This document shows, piece by piece, positions 56,469 through 64,000 of a stretch of 64,000 nucleotides of DNA; the first letter of the stretch is position 1; every line of letters begins with the position of its first letter. Made by a program: the position numbers and the translations under genes. The notes under the pieces were generated by a model. That model saw only the letters and a list, made by a program, of their open reading frames with translations. It did not search any database and was not told the DNA's origin. The DNA is taken from NCBI GenBank assembly GCA_025594325.1, contig JANHCV010000015.1:434001-498000 (forward strand). The letters are read 5' to 3'. Origin of the DNA: Blastocladiella emersonii ATCC 22665. Taxonomy: Eukaryota > Fungi > Blastocladiomycota.

Positions 56469-59418
56469 ATGTATTCCCGCCGTGTTAGACTTCGTGCAAC
56501 AAGACTGGGACCACTTCGCCGAGCTGCGCCCGACTTCAGCGCTGAGCGCCACCGCGACACGCCGTTCCGCGCCGCGCCAGCCCTTGCTCCTGCACCCAGC
56601 GTCAACGACTTTGGCGACGTTGAAGACGTCCTCGGCTTAGACGAGTTAGACGATCTCGGGTTCTTTGCTTCCGAAGTCGATGACTTCGAGCGCGTGGACG
56701 ACTTTGGAGATGACCTTTGCGACGATGCAGATTACCCAAACGATACGGATCGTCCAGACGATGCAGATTACCCAAACGATACCGATCGTCCCGACGATAC
56801 GGAGCGCCCGAACGAACTAGACGACGTGGATGATGACTTGGACGACGAGGACGACTTACCCGTGGATCTGATCGAAGAGTGTGCTCCGCCGTTGACGCGA
56901 GCGCGCCTTGTCCCGCATCGCATTGTTCGCTCTCGCTTGCACTGGACCAAGTGGAACATGCTTGGCGTTGGGCAACCTCCGCACCGGCTTGCGGCTAGGT
57001 TTGGTTACGCCAAGGCGATCCGTTCGAGCGTTGGCTTCCGCCGCCAAACGAGTTACTCAAACACCCTACCGACCGACGCGCTTACTCCTGAGCAACTTCT
57101 ACTTATCCACGACGCCATCCTTAGAGCTGGTACGAACGGCGCTCTTTCCGCGTTCCCATCGACGAGTGTGGAAACGGAGCGCGACTCGCTCCCCGTGGTC
57201 TCTAGCGAGTTGACGGCGCTTTCCGCGTACTCCCGGCTTGGCGAGTCACCACCCGCTGTCTTCCTCGTCGAGCCCGAGGAGCACGATTCATTGCAGAGCC
57301 GACATCTCCTCATTGTCGTCCCTGAAACTGCCGCGAGCAAACTTGCACCACGCGACACCGCGTGGGAGACCCCGCTGGCTGCCACGGCGGCCCTTGATGG
57401 GGGCATCCATCCGCTCCAACTCCGGCGCCGCGCCGAGCTCGCGGGCATCACGCACGGATTGCGCCGTTTGCAGCTTCGCGAGTCGTTTGCGTCGTTCAAC
57501 TTTGCTGTCAATCTTCCGACCACGAGCGGCAACACCAAGGTGCTTGTGATGACAAACGAGTACGTCTTCTTCGGTTTGATCCGAGCCGTTTGTCGCGCCT
57601 GTGTACTGACCATTCCCATGTAGCCGCCTCCTTGTGATCGCCGCCGCCGCGAAACCAGGCGATACCGAGAATCGCAAGGGTAACCTCATCTTCGTTGATC
57701 TTGTCGCTCGCGCTTACCGCATCGAAACGGAGCTTCACTCGATTCCGAACACCACTCCCAACTCGCTTCTTCCGCGCCGCTCGCTTACGGTTGCAGCAGT
57801 CGTGATTTGGCGCAACTGGGCCGTATCAGGCGGCGTGAACGGGACCTTTGCCGTGTCGCGTATCGAGGACGGCTCGCCCGTCGCGCTTCCAGCTGGATTC
57901 GGCGGCTTCGGTGACTCCGAGTACGCTGTCGCGCTTGCACAATCGCCCGAGGCACCGTGGGTGATTGCTGCGGGCGACCAGCACGGGTACGCTGCTAACG
58001 GCTCTGATCCTACCGATTTCGTGCTGACACGCCTGAACTTGAGTAGAAAACTTGTCGTCTTCAATCTCGCGCGTATCGTGCGCGGCGACTTCGACCGTTC
58101 GTTTGTGCGCCTTGATGTCGAACATTGACCTGTGAACCGACTTGCTTTCGCTGGCGCGCACCGTCTTGTCGCTGGATGCGACGGGACTATCGGATCGAAG
58201 TCGAGCGCGCTCATTGTTTGGGACCTCCGGCGCGTCAAAGAGCTGCAGTGCCACGAGAGGGCCGATCCGCCGTGGCGCATGCCTGTGGGCCTGGGTCCAC
58301 GGCGCAGCGTCCTCGCGCACCCGTTCCCGATCATCGACGTCGCTGCTGTCAACGGGACGCATGGGCCGTGGGCTATCTTTGTCACGTCCGCGCGCCAACA
58401 CGACAACTCTGGTGCGGCCTCAGGCGACCAGCGCTTGTGGCTTGTCGATCTTGCACCGGGCTCCGACCTCGAGTTCCAGCTGCACCGCAACGTTCATCCT
58501 GCCATCGTGTGCGGGTGGTGGACCGGGCTGACTGACTGCGACGTGATTGGGTTCAGGTACGCATGCGCGCGGGACGCATTGCGTCAAGCTGGTCTGTACT
58601 AACCCAACAGCACGCGGTCTAGTCCGTGTGGCCGCTACGCGTACGCGGGCGGGTGCCAGAACCGACTTGTCGTTGTTGACGTTTCGAATCGGTCACGGAC
58701 GCTGGGTATTCTCGCGCACTCAGGTACGGCCGCTCGCGCACCTGTCTTCGGCATGATCTGACACGCACGACTTCGACGAGTAGACCAAACCGTCGACAAC
58801 GAGGACATGAGCGTCGGAATTCTTGATGCCGTGTGGCTCCCGGGCAGCGACCTCCTCGCTACGGCAGGCCGCGACGGCGTGGTTCGGTTTTGGGACATCG
58901 CGCAGCTGCATGGCTACCGTCCGACTCTCGCGTGCGTTGCGCGGTGCGCCAGGTCACCCATGGACTTGGGACAAGCTCTTCGACGTGTCCCAACGCGCGA
59001 CGAGATCCTGAACGACGCGGCAGCTTCCTTGATCGCTGCTCGCAACGCGACCCCGCAGGTCGACTCGGTGCATTTCGCGCGGCGCAAGCTTGACGCTGAC
59101 GACGTCTGGTTCGGCGGCGCGGATGTTGACCTCGATGCGCTCTATGGCTTTGGACCCAACGCGATCGACGCGACGCCGCTGCCTGTTGGCAAGCTCGTGC
59201 GGTACTCGGCCGCGGACGCGGATTGGCCGCGCGGCGCGTGGGGTGCGCTGAACGTTGGCCGCGGGCCCATTTCGCGGCTTGTTGTGTCGCCCGGCGAGTC
59301 CGTGCTTGTGGTTGGGCTCGCCGACGGATGCGTCGCGTTCCAGGTCGGGTCGGTGCTTGAAGAAGCGGGCGAGGGTCTACGCGAGGTTGAGCAGCTGCTC
59401 AGAGAGTGCGCTGAATAG
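56469..59418 (+). pseudogene. WD40-repeat protein (possibly Raf1/Dos1-like DCAF) with one in-frame TGA; exons 56469-57559, 57624-58556, 58611-58723, 58784-59418
   Basis: Three canonical introns join four ORFs in frame. WD repeats: H*PVNRLAF...LIVWDL and LDAVWLPGSDLLATAGRDGVVRFWDI. The only lesion seen is TGA at 58126-58128. Subfamily call is tentative. Confidence 0.65.
56720..56795 (+). repeat. 2 x 36-bp coding tandem repeat (DDADYPNDTDRP) in the acidic N-terminus of the WD40 gene
   Basis: gacgatgcagattacccaaacgatac(g/c)gatcgtcc occurs twice. Confidence 0.9.
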
Positions 59419-59639
59419 AATTAGTTGATAGGCCTGATACCCTGATACAAGAGCTGGCCGGGAAAGACTCCTGACCTTGTCCTCTGCGCCGAGCCGTAAC
59501 GATCGAGCGCGCTGCGAGACGCGACGATCAAACATGTGACTGCAGCCCCTCATGGCGTGGACCGGCGGAACGCAAAGGTCATTCCGCCATGCACTGCACC
59601 GCTCGAAGTGGGACAAGAAGGGCGTCACGGATGGACGGG

Positions 59640-60500
59640 TGTGAGATGTATTTTCATGAGGGGCACGATCAACCGCTGCCCGTCGCTGGACGGCTTGAAC
59701 TTGATCTCCTAGAGCTCCCACGAACCGAGGTCGACAGCAGCGGATCGACTTGGAGGCGCGGCGGTCGCCCGGCTTGAGCGTGACCGACCGCGACAGCAGG
59801 TTCATGTCGTCGGCGAGAAACGTGATGCGGAATGCCGGCAATCTGCATGTACTGGCGGTGGTGGAATTTGGTCCCGAGGTTGTGTCGCCGCCGTTCTTGG
59901 GCTCGATGATCCGCTTGATCGGCACGTACAGGCGCTTGAGCTTCTTGAGGGCGTCGGTCGGTCACGGCGAGCGGGACGGTGGGGGCTCGGTACCACGACA
60001 CACACGATCTGGTGTAGCGGCACGCGTCGCGGAACTTTGGAGGAGATGGATGGATCTACGGGGGTGCGAGGGAGAGCGTGAGTTGTCCTGATCGCGGCAG
60101 CGGCGGATGCAGGTCAGAGATGCGGTACCTTGAACACGCCTTGAACTTGAACGCGACCATGGGGGCCGAAGTTGACCTGGCGGCGGCCGCCGCCGCACGA
60201 CGCGAAACTGCCGCGCGGCCGGACCGGTTGCGCGCGTCGCGTCGTAGTAGAGTAGTGGATGGGGACGAAGGCGATGCGATCTACACACACGACGGGCGAA
60301 AATCGTGCGTCAGTAGGCGATCATCACAAAGACGAGCATCGGCGCCGCCGTACCTGCTGCTTCCCGCGATCGAGAGCCTCGCGTTGCGCTTGAACTGAAC
60401 TTGGTGGTGGGCGGGGTAACCGGCGTACGGGGGGTGCCCCCGGTGCAGCGCGGGCGGCGTTTCTGTACGACGGGTAGTATTTTGGATCGGGTCCAGCCGC
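59640..60500 (-). pseudogene. Degenerate multi-exon gene, possibly GRAM/PH-like
   Basis: Exon-like pieces (DRIAFVPIH; QVQGVFK; LKKLKRLYVPIKRIIEP...HRQYMQI...AFRITFL) bounded by gtac...tag introns, with several frameshifts. Domain call is weak. Confidence 0.3.
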
Positions 60501-63304
60501 TCCGCCCAACAGACGCAAAGGTCCATGGGCCACTACCCGCCACCTACTCGGCCGCCACACCGTTTACCTCCCTTCATTAGCCCCTCCGCAACGGCCGAGA
60601 CCCCCGCCAGCCGCGCCACACACGGGCCCGCCGCAGCATACGTCGGGGCGAACGAGCGTATGATGGGGGAGGTGTGGGCGGTGCTTACGCTTGCTTACGG
60701 CGAGGGCTCGTGCCGCAAAGGGCGTGCCGAGGGAGAGAACTAGGCCAGGAGGGTACTAGGCCCGCACCGGGGGGGGGGCATCTACACGAGGGAGAGCGAG
60801 AGGCGGTCGCGCCACGCGGCAGCGTACCAGGATACCTCACGACCGACGACACCTTGAGAACGAGCGGATCGGGCTGCGGTTGTCGAGTGACGTGTAGTCG
60901 CGCGCCGCGCCGCGGTAGGCGGCCGAGCGCGGGGTTTCGGATGGTTGTCATGTTGCATTGCATGTGGTGGTAGTGGTGGTGGAGAGAGACTGCACGGCGG
61001 CGCAGGGCGTGCGGAGAAGGGGAAGGAGCGCGGGTGGGAGGGTGCGTGCGCGAGGGCAGGCGCCTGCCGTCGCTGTCGCTGCAAGTCTCCGTGAAGTTGC
61101 AGCAGGTGCGAGCGAATCAGGTGCGATACATTTGCTGCAAAAACAACTTGCCGCGTGGCGCGAGAATCGATTCGGGAGAGGAGACACGCGACGCGTCGCG
61201 TTCAGGTCGGGTGACTTTCGCGTGACCGGTGCGAGGCACGCATTAATTAAATTAATCACCGCGGGGAGACAATCAGCGACAGTTTGATTTCAGCCCTTGC
61301 CGCTCAAATGGATCACCCTCAACCACCGGTTACAAGATGATGATGGCCGCGTCCATGGCTAGCAGCCCAGCTACCGCACGCGGAACACCGCCGCCGCCGC
61401 TCAAGCATGTTTGAATGCCACATAATCCCATATCGGGCTCGGAATCATTCTTGGAAACATGATCTCGCTGACCCGCGCCGCTGACCCGCGCCGAACACGC
61501 GCACGTGGCCCGGCTGACCGAACCGAGTGGCGTTCGTCGTGGAGGCAATCTTCGCCGCTTCCTCCCGCGTCCCACTTTGGTACTCCACTTCCATGAAGCA
61601 TTTCATGAAAGACTCCATGCAATCCAATCGGCGACCATCAAGCATGCAGTCGAGGAGCTAGGCCGACCTCCCGCGCGAGCTCGCTGCCACACCGTGGGCC
61701 AACCCGCGCAGCTTCGCCTTGACTTGGCTGTTGGTGCTCGCTTCTCGCGCGCCCGCACATCATGGCCTCAAAACCACACTATCCTTGGCCCTGGGCGATC
61801 AGATTGATCTATTTCCCGGGCGAGACTTCTCAATTCGCCTGCAGCGCTTGGTCCACGACGTCACGAGCGCATGAAAAACTTGGGTTTGGTTGCCAGGAGT
61901 CGCGATATCGAGGTTTCCCGCGTCTGTTTCGAGTCGATGATGCGTGTGCTGCTCGCGTGTACTCAAGCCTGCGCCTCGGACGGCAGCATGGCGCTTGACG
62001 TGGTCGCAGCCGTTGCCCGCGCGGATGTGGTCGAACTACACCGGTATCACCGGCAACCGCTCGCAGTCACCGTCCTTCTCGCCGTACATGCGGTCGCGGC
62101 GGGATGCGCAGCCCTTTTGGAGGAGATTCTTGCTTGCGTCGGGCGCTGTGCGCTGGGCGCCATGACAACGCGGCCACGGAAGGGCACCCCGCTCGCATCG
62201 AGACGACGCGGTCACAGCTAGTTTCTGTTCGGCTCAGCTTGACCGAGTCGTTGAAACTTGCTCCGTTTATGGACATTTGGGATCTCGCATTCCGTCAAAA
62301 CAGTCTCGCATTCCGTCAAAACAGTCAAGACGAAATCAGCAAGGGATTCGCAGAGCGGGACTGGCTCCCCCGCTTCACAGCCTTTCTTGCGTTCACCGCA
62401 ACCGTACACTGGCAGTACGACTCGCTTCAGCTGCTCGCGCTCCCAGAGCGCGGCACCGACCAAGCCGAACTTGTCGCGATTCTGTCGGCGAAACCAGGCG
62501 CGGGGCCGCTGACCAAGTGAGGTGAGGAGGTTCGGACAGCAATCGCCTCTGCCAACTACATCAAGGGTTTGTCCCTCTCGATCTTCACATGCAACAGTTG
62601 CAGCAATCTCAACCATCCTACTTATCTGGCCTTTGATTGCGGCATGCGTCCCTGCGGAAAACTTCGACACGCACGGCGACAGGGGTTTGAGTACAGCACT
62701 CTCAACTGCATTGGCAAACCAGCTCGTCCGACAGCTTGAAAGCTCCGCATCGCGGTCCGCGACTCTGGTATGAGTAGCACCCGCGCAGGCGACGTGAAGA
62801 AGGACGCGTCGCTCACGGCGAGCGCTGCTGAGAAGACGTGTCGCACCGCCGGCGCGGATGTGTTGGTCAGCCAGGCGAGTTTGATATTGTCGCTGCGGCT
62901 CGGAGCCCCGGACGCGTTCCGTGTCGTGTGTACAGTCTGCGGTGGAACATTCAGCCAATCGATTGACTCGCTTCCTGACACTGTCACCCGCCGCACGGAT
63001 GCGCTCGAGCGCGAGGCTCTCGCGACACGTTTTACTTTCACGCGCGCGCCGCTCGCGTTGCTACGGGGAGGCGCGCGCGCATGCAAAACGGGCGCTCCCT
63101 GCGTCGAGCTGCGCCACCTCGGTGGCTTTGCGCGCGCGCACCCGTTTCAGACGTGCAACGCGACGGCAAGCCGAAACGCTCCGCCACGCAAGCCGCGGAA
63201 CACGGTGCCATCGCGATGCACCGAAAACGTCAACGCGGGCGCTCGAAGCGATGACTCTCGGATCACTGAGCCGAGCATCTCCGAGCTTCGCGAGGCCGCG
63301 AGAG

Positions 63305-63311
63305 TATAAAA
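63305..63311 (+). promoter_or_regulatory. TATA box of Gly-rich gene 3 (representative of TATA boxes upstream of all peptide and Gly-rich genes)
   Basis: TATAAAA about 95 nt before the ATG. Equivalent boxes at 7225, 8654, 9591, 11217, 13054, 14002, 53269, 54152, 55837 in otherwise very GC-rich DNA. Confidence 0.75.
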
Positions 63312-63401
63312 GGGACCCGCGTCCCCCGCACCTCTCAGCTAGTCCAGCACCAGCGACTCGCAGCTCCATCCCTCTCCCTCGACGCACTCTCCTCTTTCAA
63401 C

Positions 63402-64000
63402 ATGACCTTCGGCATCATTGGCGGCAAGATCGGCGCGATCATCGGCGGCGGTGCCAACTGCAACACGGGCTTCAACGGCGGCTTCAACGGCGGCTTCAAC
63501 GGCGGCTTCAACGGCGGCTTCAACGGCAACTACAACAACGGCGGAAACTGGGGCCACGGCGGCCAGTACAACAACGGCGGAAACTACTACAACGACGGCT
63601 CGTACTACAACGGCCACAGCGGCAACTGGAACTCGGACTGGAACTCCAACTGGAACAGCAACTGGAACTCGGACTGGAACTCGAGCTGGGGCGGTAACGG
63701 CAACTGGGGCGGGAACGGCAACTGGGGCGGCAACGGCAGCTGGGGCCACGGCGGCCGCTGCCAGCGCGACGAGGACGGTTCTTCGTCGCACCTGCAGTCG
63801 ACGGACAACGGTGGCGACGCGTTCCAGTCGGCGGGTGACGCGTTCCAGGCCTCCTCGGCCCAGCAGCAGCACGTCGACTCGTTCTCGGCTGCCAGCGCTA
63901 CCTCGCACAACAGCGTCGACGAGTTCTCTGCCGCGTCGACCGTCGACCACTCGTTCGTCTCGCACGCCGCGGACGCGCACGCCCAGGCTGAGGCCGCTGC
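63402..64000 (+). CDS. Gly/Asn/Trp-rich low-complexity protein 3, partial (runs off the window; absent from the ORF track)
   Basis: MTFGIIGGKIGAIIGGGANCNTGFNGGFNGG...WNSDWNSNWNS...WGGNGNWGG...GRCQRDEDG followed by an acidic Ser/Ala-rich tail; same layout as the other two Gly-rich proteins. Confidence 0.85.
   Translation, partial: MTFGIIGGKIGAIIGGGANCNTGFNGGFNGGFNGGFNGGFNGNYNNGGNWGHGGQYNNGGNYYNDGSYYNGHSGNWNSDWNSNWNSNWNSDWNSSWGGNGNWGGNGNWGGNGSWGHGGRCQRDEDGSSSHLQSTDNGGDAFQSAGDAFQASSAQQQHVDSFSAASATSHNSVDEFSAASTVDHSFVSHAADAHAQAEAA

Noticed and set aside
58126-58128. Selenocysteine reading of the WD40 TGA
   Set aside because: No redox motif context, no SECIS identified by eye, and no reason to expect Sec in a WD repeat.
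61600-62960. Fragmentary ORFs with a 21-bp tandem duplication (62283-62324)
   Set aside because: May be a decayed gene, but no consistent frame, splice model or recognisable motif could be built.

Overview
GC-rich eukaryotic genomic DNA with short GT-AG introns. It is most likely from a flagellated (zoosporic) fungus, inferred from ZMYND12, a CBM18/CE4 chitin deacetylase and fungal-type introns; the species cannot be determined here. Conserved genes: SCS7/FA2H, HBS1 with SKI7-like motifs, ZMYND12, CCDC47/DUF1682, ZW10/Dsl1, an ABC-F ATPase, a chitin deacetylase and a WD40 protein. Accessory material is interleaved with these. (1) Two related clusters (7-14.4 kb and 53-56.2 kb, plus a gene at 63.4 kb) hold seven two-exon small secreted peptide genes, mostly invisible in the ORF track. 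Most have a CX3CX3CX3C-X4/5-CX3CX3CX3C framework, and they sit beside three TATA-driven Gly/Asn/Trp-rich genes. (2) A block at 18.9-46.3 kb between ZW10 and ABC-F holds three tandem F-box-like genes and nine tandem intronless coiled-coil genes. The first F-box-like gene is split by a 3,986-bp CACTA/Plavaka-like element with a 3-bp TSD. The coiled-coil genes end either in an atypical chromodomain or in a different helical domain, and several are pseudogenes. All splice models, alignments and family calls were made by eye and need computational or transcript confirmation.
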